A stretch of 64,000 bases of DNA from Takakia lepidozioides (lineage: Eukaryota > Plantae > Bryophyta), in assembly GCA_030704615.1 (NCBI GenBank), contig CM060734.1:5828001-5892000 (forward strand). Direction: 5' to 3'. The notes beneath the pieces were generated by a model. It searched no databases. It was not told the origin of the DNA and was given only the letters and a program-made list of their open reading frames with translations. The number at the start of each line of letters is the position of its first letter. The stretch's first letter is position 1. Shown in pieces: positions 24,420-36,902 of the stretch. The translations under genes were made by a program, and so were the position numbers.

Positions 24420-25810
24420 ATGACGGTTGTCTATTGTGCTTTCCGTTTCAATTTGAATTGACATGGAATTGTTTGTTATCTCCTTGTCTCGTCCTTGTGT
24501 TTCTCCACCCTATACCACCCCGATCCTCTGGGATACAGACCTTCTTCCGAACTCGTCGCGGAGGCTTTTTCAAATCCGACAACCTCCACTATTCAGTGGA
24601 GGTTATTCTTTGTTTGTACAATGACCATGTAAGTTCGTTTGTGGGCAGAGTTTCATGGAGATGCTGCCGATGCCAACTTCTCGTCGGGACTCCACTGGCA
24701 TCCTCCATATCAGAAATTCGTCGACAAGAGGGACAACATTCACACTACTGTTGAGATTTCTGTCATCAACGGTGAAGCATCAACCAGGCACTTGACCTTC
24801 TTTCAATTGCACGACCCTCTGCTTCAGTCCACTCCTGCAAAGGAAGTTCCATTGCATGATTGTTTAAGAGGGATGTAAAGGTGAAAGTCAACAAGACAAT
24901 TTGCAGGGGATTGGGTGGACCTCACTCTACAATCCTCACACTTCCTGTTAAGTGTCAAGGGTCTGAAATCTACCTCGAGAATGACAGCCATTGAGGACGC
25001 GTCTGAGGCTGCGGCTCCGCAGTATACTGTTGCCTCTCTTCCCTCCTTCTCTCCCCATCACAAGGGTTGGACAACCCAAATCATAAGGAATTAGGTGACA
25101 TAACTTATATCTGAATTCTAACTCGTCATTTTGTTTTCCTTAGTATTGGGTCTGATGTTCTTGTTTTACCCCAGGCCAGAAAATCTGCGTATTATGACCT
25201 TCCTATCAAACGACGGGAATTCTGTTCCGAGGTAATCCCTTCATTACGTGTGCATTCCATTCAGGATGTGGAGTGCTCAAGGGACAACACCAGATAGATT
25301 CTCAGGCACTTCAACGTATACGAACAAACCACTATATGCTGAAGCATGGCGCCAGGCAAAATACCACTTTTCACCGTTGGTCCTGGACAAAGACCACCCC
25401 TTCAGAGACACAGGGACGCAAGTTGTTAACTGGTTAATGGGCAACATGGCGACCAAAAACATTGTACCCTATACCAATGAGGAACTGCAAACCTACCGAG
25501 AAACCTTGATCACCCAAATCGACATGGTACGCACGGACGTAATAGCAAAACACCCTGATGACGAAAACTGGCCCACCCACGAACCACAGGAGCAACAGAC
25601 AGTGATGACAACAGAACAAGAAATCTGCCCCCACGACCCATCACCATCCTTGGACACGCCTTCCCAACCACCAGCAGACAGGCATGTCCCCCACCCTACA
25701 TCCCCAAGACACACAACACACACCGGATCTGACGAAATTGTGCGGACACAATTTCAAAAGAGAGGGGGGAATAAATGATAACGGCTAAATGTCAGTGCCA
25801 CGCAGGACAG
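24420..25810 (+). mobile_element. 3' internal region of an LTR retrotransposon: extra ORF (25248-25778), PPT 25756-25771 and first bases of the 3' LTR (25776)
   Basis: AAAAGAGAGGGGGGAA-TAAA-TGATAACGGCTAA; the same LTR terminus and ORF occur on the minus strand at 38947-39290. Confidence 0.75.
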
Positions 25811-25899
25811 CTGAAGCCACAAGGGTATATGACGGGTAGTGAATACTGTTCGATTGTATGAACAAAAAAACTTCAGCCTTTTCGACTAAGATCTTTTAG

Positions 25900-27830
25900 G
25901 CGAATGAGACTGCAAGTTAGGCTTAATCAGTAGGATTAAGCAACCTGCAGAAATGTTGATTGGTTTAGCTATCCATAAAACAATTACTCTATAATTGTTT
26001 CTGAAGGCATACCGTCGGACAACCTCTGTTGCATGTCTTGGGAAATGGGTAGTGGTGCTGAGAGCCTGTTTTGTCTAAGTCATAAACCAGCGATTAACAA
26101 GGAGCTGCAACATACACTCCATGTACTGTCCTAGAAATGGGGGCAGAATGAACAAGCATACCTTCCAGTACGGTAGACTCCAAAGACATGATCTTCTCTT
26201 CATGCCATGCTTTTTTGAAAGGTCCGAGTCCCCCCCTGGCCTACCTCTGTACGCATGAAACTCTTCAACGTTCTGAAGCTGATCCAATGCAGTTACGGGT
26301 GGGGGGGATGCTCTCAGCTCTATGGCCCCATTGACATGGGCGTGATTGCACCTGTATGGATGGGTTCGTGGCAAGTACCGTCTATGCCCAAGGTACAACA
26401 TTTTCCTGCAGGCCGGGGAGTACCTAGCCCACATACTGGACAGGCCTTGTAACCTTGATGTGCACACCCCGCCAACAACCCATATGCGGGATGGGATAGT
26501 CATGTACAGACCACATTAGAATGGCTCTCGTTTGAAACCTTCGACTTCCTTCTTCCTCCATACCTGCATCAATAGCCCATACACCTTCTTCCCACAACAA
26601 AATCAACTCATCCCCCAAAGGCTGTAAGTACACATCGACATTGTTGTTCTTCATGGATTCTTTTCCAGGAATCAGAAGTGTCAACATCAGGAAGAAGCGT
26701 TTTGTGCTTAGCCAGGGAGGGAAATTGTAGTTAATGCAAAGGACGGGCCAAGTAGACCATGATGGTTGTTTTTGTCCAGAAGGATTGACACCATCAAGAG
26801 CCAAGCCCAACCTCAAATTGCGAGGCTCTTGACCAAATGCAGGCCACTTGTTGTCAATGTGTTTCCATGCAAGACTGTCACATGGGTGCCTCATCTTCCC
26901 GTCTTCATTTCTATTCTGTGCGTGCCACACCATAAACTTGGATATGTCCTTGCACTTGTACATTCGTGGAAGCCTGGGAATGAGAGGAAAATGCCTCACA
27001 ACCTTTTGTGGAACTAGTGTCTTCATGCCAGGAACATAGCGGCTTGCCCGACATTTTGGGCAACTAAGAGCTTTCCGCAACTCACCCCTATAAAAAAAGA
27101 GGTGGATGCGTTGCCGAAGCAAGCGTAACTTATGGTGTCACTTGACCCCATAGGGCTCCTGCCTTCCAGTGGGAAGGTGGACACCGTAACGACTTCCAAC
27201 AGGGTGGATTGAACCCACAACCACTCGTGAGAGGGTATGTGCCCTTACCACTGGGCTACATGCTAGTTGTCCCTCGCCCCTATACAACACACACCCTTCC
27301 CGGCAAAGCATGGATTTTCATGTGTGCAAGGCCTAGTTTTGATACAAGCTTTTTTCCTCATAGTGAGACTTAGACAGGGAATTTGGTTGTGGCAATAGAT
27401 GTCCGTGCATCAATTTGAGAAGCTCGTCCCCTGCTGCATTAGAAACACCGTGAGTAGCACTTACGTTTAAGAGGAGCAAGCTGGCTGCCAGACGACTTGT
27501 TCGGCAGCCAGGATACAGAGGGGTCTTCGCCGCATATTCATACTCGGATGCCACACGGGCGCATAGTCGCCATCTCCCCCGGCTTGCCCGCTCTCTTCGT
27601 GGGCATTCACTTGTTGTTGTCCACCACTGTCCACAATCGAAAATGTCTCCCGCAACATCCTCAGCATGTCCATTTGCGAGTCTAATCCTTCCCCACCCAC
27701 AACCAAGCGCAGACTTCCAGCATCGTCGTCCTGTGCAGACCGCGGTCCATCCCCGTTCCCCTGCACCAGTCACTTCCGCACGTGTCATAATACGTGTCAT
27801 CCCCCATCTGCAATCAGCCAAAGCGGAATT
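25900..27830 (-). pseudogene. CACTA TnpD transposase (Transposase_21), disrupted, with a SINE insertion
   Basis: CVLYRGE...CPKC, FPLIPRL, MRHPCDSLAWKHID, EPRNLRLGLALDGVNP, STWPV, YLGHRRYLP. Confidence 0.93.
27093..27272 (-). mobile_element. tRNA-derived SINE (family B, copy 1) with T-tail
   Basis: A-box TAGCCCAGTGG, B-box GGTTCAATCC; 12-bp TSD CTC(A/G)CCCCTATA at 27081-27092 and 27273-27284; removal restores the TnpD LYRGE-LRKALSCPKC sequence. Confidence 0.85.
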
Positions 27831-28199
27831 CAAAAAGTACGTTGAAAGATTTTGAGATAGAACCCAGAGGATAGAGGAGAGGCATTCTCACCGGAAGAAA
27901 GCGCAGGTTGGGATCTCGAAAGTCTTGGCAGTGCTCAGAAACTGCAGGCGCCCACCATGGCATTCACCATATTTGCCGCATACCCAGTCTCCTTGCATTT
28001 GTTCTTCTTGTTGCCATAGAATCGCGTCTAACAGACGATCTGGGTCAGAAGCTTCTGCCATGGTCTGAATGAGTTGACCTCCCCACGAACTTACTAATTT
28101 TTTACTGTCTACTGCTCCAACTGACTACCTATGCGTGCGTGACAATGTGAGTATGTGCCCTCACCCTGAGGCCTATTCTTTTTCTTTTTGTTCCAGTGT

Positions 28200-31100
28200 C
28201 TCCTTCGCGTTTTCACCCCCTGAGCATGGTGAAGCTCTGTGAGGTGTCATTCTGTGATCTAGACGACATTTCCAGCGACGATATGAAAGAGATTGAGAGG
28301 AAGAGTGCATACGAGGCCGCAAGAGACGCGCAAGTGAAGAGTAACCTGGAAACGCTAGCAATGCTAGACCTAACCAGCCACGAGAAAGTTCATGGTGCTG
28401 CATTGAAGTGAGCATATTTTGGCTTTCCGCAATACTTTAGATTTTGCTTCTTCTTTTCAAATTTTGGATTTTTGGTTCTGTGCAAAATGAGGATGCGACG
28501 TCGCTGGCATTGTGCAGCTTAGCACGATTGTCCCGGAGGCCAAGCAGGAAAGACAAGTTCGCGCATACTGGGCCTCCCCGCCGAAGCGGCCGGCTGAAGA
28601 CATTGACAATGCCGTCCATGGAGGAGGCGGAGGCTCCTGCAACGATGGAGCTGCAAGGATCGGACATGGAGGAGGGAATGCAGAAAGAGCAGCATGGTTC
28701 GGACGACATGGACGAGGCTATGGAGAACGAGGAAGAACTAGATGTTGTCTACGATATTGACGACGACCCCGACGACGAATCTAACGAAGATGAAGAGCAA
28801 TCGGGTGACGACCTCGTCGATCATCTGATTGGGAAAGCGCTAGGAACGGGACAGGGTCCGGTGCCACGTCGGGCACCAGAGAGCCAGGCTCCTTCCCATG
28901 CACCGGTGTGCCATAAACCTTCTTTTTGATTCCATGTGCAATACCATAAACCCTCAATAGAATTGGGATAAGCTGGGTATGTCATGTTCACAATAAGCTG
29001 AAATGGTGGGCAGCCTTCGTGTTGATAGCAATTTCGGGAGGTTAAAGTCTATTCTGGGACAGTGGTAAAGTGGGGAGTATGCTCTCAATGGTAGTCAGTG
29101 TACAGTCCCCCAGTGCACAAAAAAATGGTAACATCCACTTCATTTGTCAAGATACGCAATCACATATTCCGGCTATCTCCCGATCATTTCACAAAATGCA
29201 CCGTGGCAGTCACTGAACAAAACAGTAGCAGAAAAGTCCTATGCAAACAGCAAGTCAAAGAGTCAGAAAAATCCTTTAGAGCCCAGTAACTGATTGAATC
29301 AGGGTTATTGATGGAATTTCCCAGTCTTGCAACCACCTTCGACGGAGTCCACAAAGTTCCCTGTTCTTTCCACCACCATACGGGCACCTTGTCAGTAGCC
29401 CAATACTCCCCATCTCTCTCTCCCACTCCCCTTTTCCTTCCTTCTCCTACCCGCCCCGATATCGTGAACCCCTGCAGTACGCCTCATTTTCTGGACACGG
29501 AGCGCAATACAATCAAGGCCCACCCCCATTTGCCAACTACCACCTCCCCCCCAGCCCGACAGGTGAGTACTCGTGTTATCCTGGGTCAGTGGGGCAGCAG
29601 CAGGACAATGCTACGGTTGCTATGCATGGTCATTACCACCAAGGCGTGTGGTATCCTGCTATAACCCCGCTTCATCCGGCATACCGTCCTCCTCCCTTGC
29701 AGCATCCCACAAGTCCTGCTATGCGGGCAGATGTGCATGGCCCATACCATGGCCCCCCTCATGCCGGACCCAGCTGCACGGCGCAAAGGCCGCTTCACTT
29801 CACATCCTCCCCTGGCTCGGGTGGCGGTGGAGTGCCACAGCCCCACCAGATGCCGCCACGGCAGGGCACATCTCTGCAAACGGGCCCAAGCAACATGGAA
29901 GGGGCAGAGGGAAGGGAGGAGGCCTTTGACTCCAGCAATTCTCCGGACCTAACACCCATGAGCAGTAAGGAACGAGCAAACCACTTGAGGAAAATGAGAA
30001 GACCTGCCAAGAAGGACATGAAAGCGAAGGCAGCAGAAAATGCAGCAGCGGGGAGGAAAACGTTTACCATTGCACTTGATGCAAAAGGCGCTCCAGTGGG
30101 TGATGCACGCAATGAGTGGTTTTGTGCCCTACGTGGTCAGTGCCAGCGTCTTCTGGACTGGTCAGTGCCTATTCTCCAACAGCCTCAAGACAAGATTGCC
30201 GAGATTGGGAGAATTCTAGATGTGGACTGGGAGTAAGACGGGGCACTGCGTTCTGAGGTTGGCGGCGTTTTGAAAAACCAGCGTCTGAAGCTATACAAGT
30301 GGGTGTACAAGCTCGGGAAACCTAGACCCGCCCACATTGCCAACAGAACTTGGGCTCAATTATGTTCTTTGTGAAGTACACCAGAGTGGGCAGCCAGTTC
30401 CTTGAACGGCAAAAAAGCCAGGTCGCATGTAGTCAACCCGAGCAGGTCTGGACGCTCAGGCCTAACTGGTGTGGAGACAAGGCTGGTACAGCCTGAACAC
30501 TATTTCCATCTATTCACGTCATGTTGCATTGCCCTGTCCGGATTTGATGGAAGTGTCTAGTATGTTTTTTTGGCTTATGTGCAGGAGTGTGCAGTCATGT
30601 TGGTTACTGTGTGCATGTACGATTTCATGTGCAGGCCGCTACAACAGGTCGTCCACCGCTCCTCAATGAGATTGCTGGGAGCAAGAATAGCAACAAGGGC
30701 TATGGCTCCTCTTCTGCTGGGGGCTCGATGTCTGTAAGCACAGAAGTTGGAACCCCATTTTTTAATTGCAAGTGCATAGAGTTGCCCACAGCTCGATCTG
30801 TTTTGAAAATTGGGTTGGCTGTACACTGCATGTCTACCTATGTTGTTTGACGTTTCTGGCGTTCTTTACCTGTGACAATTGTCTATTATTTCTGAAGTCA
30901 GGCCCACTGTCACCGTGATCCGGGTTTTCCAGATATCCTCTAGAAATCCCTTCACACAAGCTTCAATCTGCTGTGTGGTTTGCCCAAGTTCAGGGAAATA
31001 TGAATGTCATTGGCCCTCAGACTTGCCCCACTTCAAGTTGTTGCCTTTGGTTAGTCAGCCCTGAGAAGTTGAACTTGTGCCCAGCCGCAAGCCTGCCCTT

Positions 31101-31940
31101 TGCATGTGAATTGTTTAGTAGGTGAACATAGTAAGTGACATGCATTTTTGTTGACGAGGTCAGGTCCTCTGCAGCCACCTTCAGGTAGGACCTACTGGCT
31201 GGTATTGATTGGTGTTCATTCAGCTGATCAACCAATTAACCACAGAGCTGCAAGATGATTTTTGTCAATCCCAATCTCCCAGCATGTATGTTGTCCCATG
31301 ACCATGACAGGCTTATTCTCCAGCGTTGGCGTTGGATTGTCGTTCTTCTTGTTTCCTGAGGCACTCACACTTTCCGTGGTGGTTTTGCTGGGGCAGGGGC
31401 TTGGAGCGCTGGCGGCCCGTCTGGATGGCTTGGAAGGATGGAGGGAGTCAGTGGAACAGCACTCCCATGAACACAAAGCTCAGCTGGAATCTGTGAAAGC
31501 TCTGTTTGAAGCCCAGGTAATGAAAACTGAATTGTTTAACTTGGCACTGGCTGCCAAACTTTGGATTGGACCTGCAGGCCTCGGCAATTCCTGCAGCGAC
31601 ACCACCACCAGCAACCGTACCTGGCACTGCGGGCAATGATCCCGTAGTTGCCCCAACAACGGAGCCGTCGGTGGGGGAGGCAGTGGAGGGGGATGCCCTG
31701 GTGGAAGGCCTCCTCACAGGTGAAGGCAGACCTATGGTGGCAAAAGCAGGTGAGCCAAGTTCCACAGTTGCCGGCCAGCCCGCTGGTGTTCACGTGGGGA
31801 TGGCAGTCGCGGGTGCTGAATCAGGCGAGGAGCCCAAGGAAGGCAGTGAAGGGGGAGACACGGGGCTTGGCCCCTCTCAGGCAGCCATTTCCCCCCAGAA
31901 GCGCACAGTGTCTCCTCGCCCAGGTTGTCCAAAGGTATTT
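28200..31940 (+). pseudogene. CACTA TnpA-like (Transposase_24-type) multi-exon gene, degraded
   Basis: LDAKGAPVGDARNEWFCALRG...LDWS...QRLKL...RPAHI...W...RSHVVNPSRSGRSGL; GT-AG intron-like gaps; lies upstream of the CACTA terminus. Confidence 0.6.
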
Positions 31941-32459
31941 TCCACGTGCCTACTATCAGTTAAACTTTACTTGTTTTGCTACTCCGGGCCTCATGTAGTC
32001 ATGCCCTAACTTGGCATGTGCTTGTCCTTGGCGACAATGCTGGATCTGCTGCTTCGAACGACCTTTAGTCAGGGAGTAGTGTGTTGGCTGATAAAGTGCA
32101 GAAGTTCCAACTAGGCGGTAGCATTTTGCGTTGTTAAGGTAGTATCTGATTTGTATGTGTAGAGTAGTTAAGTATGTTGAGGTGCCACCACATGCATTTT
32201 GACTTGTAGGCACCTGGATGCTCGATGTGTATCTTCATGCTATCGCGGACCTTGATGCTGTTGGCTTCCAAAACTTTGACATGTCAATGATTAAATATTT
32301 TGGAAACCCTTTGGTCTTTTGTTTGTCATGTATGCTGCATCTGTTCATGTGTAGGGTCTATATAGTGTATTTGTGCATTGTGTGCAATGTGTATGTATGT
32401 ATGGATTTGTTGGTTTGCAGTGTGTTCATGTGGACTAATCCCCATTTCCCTCTCTGTAC

Positions 32460-33081
32460 ACAATGTCACTGCCATGTGAGACCGTTTACATGGCGAAGTT
32501 CAGTGCCACTGTGAAGAATTCCACACCCTGAACTGTCACATTTCCCATGTGCACACAGGTGGAAACACCCACACTGGCGTCGCGTGACCATGACCACCCC
32601 CACAACCCACCCCGACCACGTGTCCCCCCCCCCCTCATTGTCGCACGTGTCGCAATCCTATCATTCTGGAAACGCACGTGTCGCCACCGTTTTTTTGCAC
32701 GCGTCTGTCTCCCATGGCCATGGCCAATTGGCACGTGTCATTCCAAAATCATGCCACGTGGACGACCTCCAGTGCCCTTCCATTCCACGTGGCATCATAT
32801 TTTGATTTTCCAAGACTGCACGTGTCATCTTCTCCGGGATCCACGTCGAATGTCCAGGTGGCGCTATGTGTGCACATGTCCAGGTGGCCACCCCACATGG
32901 CAATGTGTCCATGTTAGCTGTGGACAAAGTGTGGCATGGCTGTTTCCACATGACCACCGTTTGCAACAGGTGTCCGAATCTTCACGTCTGTTTACACACT
33001 TGCTAAGGGTGTGACCCCTGGCTTTTCTCACACCAAATTGTGTGAATTAGGCCGTGGCAAAAACCAGTTTGTGTTGTAGTG
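32460..33081. mobile_element. CACTA right terminus and subterminal repeats
   Basis: Ends ...GTGTTGTAGTG at 33081 (CACTACAAC on minus); preceded by dense CACGTG/TGTCAC/GCCA repeats; interrupts ORF 33003..33713. Left TIR not found. Confidence 0.75.
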
Positions 33082-34180
33082 TCTGGCTGTTGCTCCTCTC
33101 TTTCTCTATGCAGTGTAGAATCTGCCGTGGAAGTGAGCGTGACTTCCGCCATCCCGCTCGTTGTGCCGTCGTCTATACGGGCCTTTTTTGCAAGTCCGCC
33201 CTCCTCCTGCCATGCATGTTCCTCTTCTTCTTGTACTACGGTTGTCTCGCTCTCATCCTCCTCCACTGTTACTGCTCGTTGCATGATTCCCAGAGCTGTT
33301 TGCTCTGCCGGTGTCAAATGAACCGCGTGTCGGATCATTTGTAGTAATAGGGGGGTCGCCATGGTAAATGTCGACTGGTTCTTCTTCTTCGTCAATTGGG
33401 TAAGCTCCTGGAGCAGATTATTCAACAAGAAGCCTGCCCAGTTAATGATTTGCCCGTTGAGGCAAATCAAAACTTGCTCTACCAGCTCCTTAGTGGAGTA
33501 GCTGTTGTTTTGCCTAGGGCAAGGCAACGCGCTAAGCACTCGGCCGATCTTCTCAGAGCCCGGATCCTTGCTGTCTTTGCATGTCACGCCTTGGTTGGGT
33601 TGTGTGAGTTTCTCAAACAGATCTGAAATGACAAACCTATGGGGTTTGTTGTTGTGCGCTGGAACGTCCTGACTAGGAAGATGAAACACCTCCGCCAAGT
33701 ACTGCTCGGTCATTAGGATCTGTGTGTCGCGGACGCGTGTCGACCGACTGTTGGTGTTTTAATTCTCCAAGAATTTCCTGCAAAGCTCGTCATGCTTGAG
33801 GTTCCAGTCCAGGGTGCTGATGAAGTACCGTAGGTCAAGACTCGTCAATGTTGCCTACGTTTCTACATTGTCGTCAATCTTCCTCAAGGCTGCGCTGATC
33901 TTGAAGGTGACATGTGCAACGGATCCCTGTGTCTTCCGATTGGTGCCTACCATGTCTCTAAGTCTTGCTATTGCTGCAAGGAATTGGAGAGCCAATTCCT
34001 GCGTGATTGGCTGAGGCCCACGGATGGCGCGGGACCTGCAACGCGGCGCCCAACGAGTAGGGCCTGCGGGTGACGGCCGCCCAACGGGCCGTCACTGGGA
34101 TCGTCTCCTTCGCTGGGGACGACACGCAACCCGAGCTGCTTGGGATTTGAGGTCAACCCCCATATGGTGCCCAGCGCCAC
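33082..34180 (-). pseudogene. Retrotransposon accessory ORF (plant-transposon-protein/PMD-like helical domain)
   Basis: ELCRKFLEN...RVRDTQILMTEQYLAEVFHLP...LNGQIINWAGFLL pattern; directly downstream of LTR 34290-35108. Confidence 0.5.
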
Positions 34181-34289
34181 TGGCACATGGTGGCAGCAGC
34201 CCCTGGCTGTCCGCCCAACTCATGCACACCCCGCGAGCTCCTTCGCATGGGCCACACTAGCCTGCCTAGCCCTTGGGGCTGGCAGCTAT

Positions 34290-35108
34290 GGTCAAAACAA
34301 GAACAAAAAACCAGAGAATAACAACCAGATCAAAACTCTTAGATCTCACACATGGCCTTCACTTGAACAATCCCGAGCTTCTTGCTCATAAATCATCAAA
34401 TGGCTCAATGGCCTGCAAGGTGTGGGGCTAGAAGCCAACTCTAGCTCCCACGACAACAAATGCTTCAATGGCATACAAGGTGTGGGGCTAGAAGTCAACT
34501 CTAGCTCCCACGAAAACAAATGCTCTAATACTATGAGGATCAAGCTCAACCTTCGTAGGACCTAGGCTCCTCAAGAAAACTAAGAGAAAAGTATGACGCC
34601 TCCCAAAGGGAGCGTAACTTATGGTGTCACTTCACCACAAGGGTTACTGCTTTCCAGCTGAAAGGTGGACACCTTCATGACACAGCAGCCGTGGTTTGAA
34701 CCCACAACCACATCCAACGTGGTATGGGCCCATTACCATTGGGCTACATGTTGGTTGTCAACTAAGACTAAAACAAGAGGAAGCAAGACACAAGCAAAAC
34801 CAGATGCACAACTAGATGAGGAAACAAAGGGGGCCTTGCTCCTCTTATATACTACTTTTGCCTTCATAAAAAAGACTCATTAAGATAATGAGTAATAATA
34901 TTAGTTTATTATTATTACTCCATGCTGGATTTCATCCCACAAGATGGATTTTCTTCCAATAGGATGAATGATTGTTGACGTTGTTGCTTGCGCTGGATGG
35001 ATGAAGTTATGCGCTCCCCTTGGCTGCTCCGGCCAATCAGATAATGAATAAACATTTTAAAGTGGATCACCACGAGTGCTCCTCGCCTCGTAATTTGGTG
35101 CCGCTACA
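34290..35108 (-). mobile_element. LTR (minus orientation) containing a SINE
   Basis: TGTAGCGGCACC start at 35108, TATA (TATATAAG) near 34848, ~60-bp duplication 34400-34520; 3' end approximate. Confidence 0.55.
34586..34759 (-). mobile_element. tRNA-derived SINE (family B, copy 2)
   Basis: Alignable to 27093-27272; A/B boxes; TSD AACTAAGA at 34578-34585 and 34760-34767. Confidence 0.8.
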
Positions 35109-36033
35109 AACTTTAACCGTAAATTCCTAAATTTTGTGGGTAATTTAGGTAAGAACCTCTTGACGTCCCGGTAAATTCTCAGGCTAATCAGAGCCTTCTA
35201 ACTCTTTTTTGTCGACGTACTCTTTGCGACCCGTCGCTCCGGAAGACTACAGCTTCCGTGGTGCTTCTCCGGGTCTTTGACCCTGCCACTGACTCTCTGA
35301 CTGCGGGAGACATCTCTTTCTTCAAACTGGCTTCGACGTCGTCTTTGCACTTCTTTGAAACTGTTGCAATTGTCCATCGCGCTGCAAATCAACTAATTCC
35401 TACTTTGCAATATTTCATCGTTGTACATTTTTGTCAAGCTACTTTATTATTGTATTTCTATTGGATAGATAGAAGGGAGGATAGACCATCGCAATCCTTC
35501 GTAAAACAGTCTAATCATGTGCTGTTGCGAACAGGTCCAACTCGCTGAATTTGGGACCGACCCGACAGCCTAATATGCTGACTACTACAGCTTTTTACTG
35601 TCGTTTTGACGCCGGAGGGCCTTTCCTCGTTCATCTCAGACGCAATCTGGGGGCCAGAGTTCATCTCCATTGACATCTCCTAGACGCAAACCAATCCTAA
35701 GTCGCTATACCGCGGTTTCCACTTTTCTAACTAATGGCTTGGTTTTGGCACTACAGTGTCCAAACTGTCTTCCTTATGAATAAAAAACGATCGAAAAAAT
35801 AAATTGTACCAGTTATGCATCTACAGTCTCCAACAATGTCGAACACAATTTTTTCAGAGAAATAGTCATAATCAGGGACGAGGATAAGATGAGGTAAGAG
35901 CTTGCCAAAAGGCTGCTAACGAACCAACACTTGACACCTACGAGGTATGTGAGAGGAGAAGCAGCAAATAATCTCACTCAAACCGCAAACCAGAGGAGGT
36001 CGGGTTCCAGCCTTACGTCAGTGCGATGATCAC

Positions 36034-36252
36034 TCATCCCTTTAATCCCCATTTGTCATCTTTTTTCGCAATTGAAAGAAAGATCTTCTGTTGTATTGCT
36101 ATCGGTAAACCATGAAATTTTTTGAGGAATGCTTTCCATTCCCCTGTTTCCGTTGACTCGTACTTTTGTGATTTCAAGAAATCACTCAGTAGCCATCCTT
36201 CCTTGAGTTCACTTGAACTCAACATACCGTTAGTCCCCAGTATAGTCGCCAA
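36034..36252 (-). pseudogene. F-box-like ORF0 homolog fragment from another retroelement leader
   Basis: KKFHGLPIAIQQKIFLSIAKKDDKWGL aligns without gaps to QRFLELPDGCKENILKRVHDADHEWGL. Confidence 0.55.
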
Positions 36253-36902
36253 ATGTTAACTGCTGGTTTATGACTTAGAGGGCGGTTGCAGGATTGGGTG
36301 GATCAAAAGCGGTACATGTTGAGTCCACTGGAAGTCCATGGATTTTTTTTTTTGTTGAGTCTCTTGATTTATTTTTTAAAGATAGATAATAGTATACATA
36401 ACATTTTTAGTAAAGAGTCCCTCGTCAAATATTGAAAACAATCTTTACTAGATATTTTAATCTTTAATTTGGAAAAACATTTAGACGTCAAAATCTAGAG
36501 TTTACAACCACTTGTCCATATACCACCTAACACCTCTAGATTATAGATTTGTATGTCTTTTTAGTAAAAGACGACACCTCAAAAACCCAAAACATAAGAT
36601 GTTATGGACTAGAGCAAATCAACCTGTTTTTATGTGCAAAATAGTCCATTTCCTTTGTCCAGTGTATGAGTGTACATGATGTTTTTTCAGTCCATAAGAT
36701 TTTATGTGTAATATCTGCACTCCACAGTAATCAACTTTAAAAGTCCATGGCTCTGTGGTACATGATTGTTTTTGCAATCTAACAATTGGTACACATACCT
36801 ATTGTAGTTAGAAACCCTATACCATATAAATTTAGATGAAATATTGAGTTGTTGGACAAATATGGGTAAAACCATGGAGAGAAGTCACTGCAGAAATTGC
36901 CA

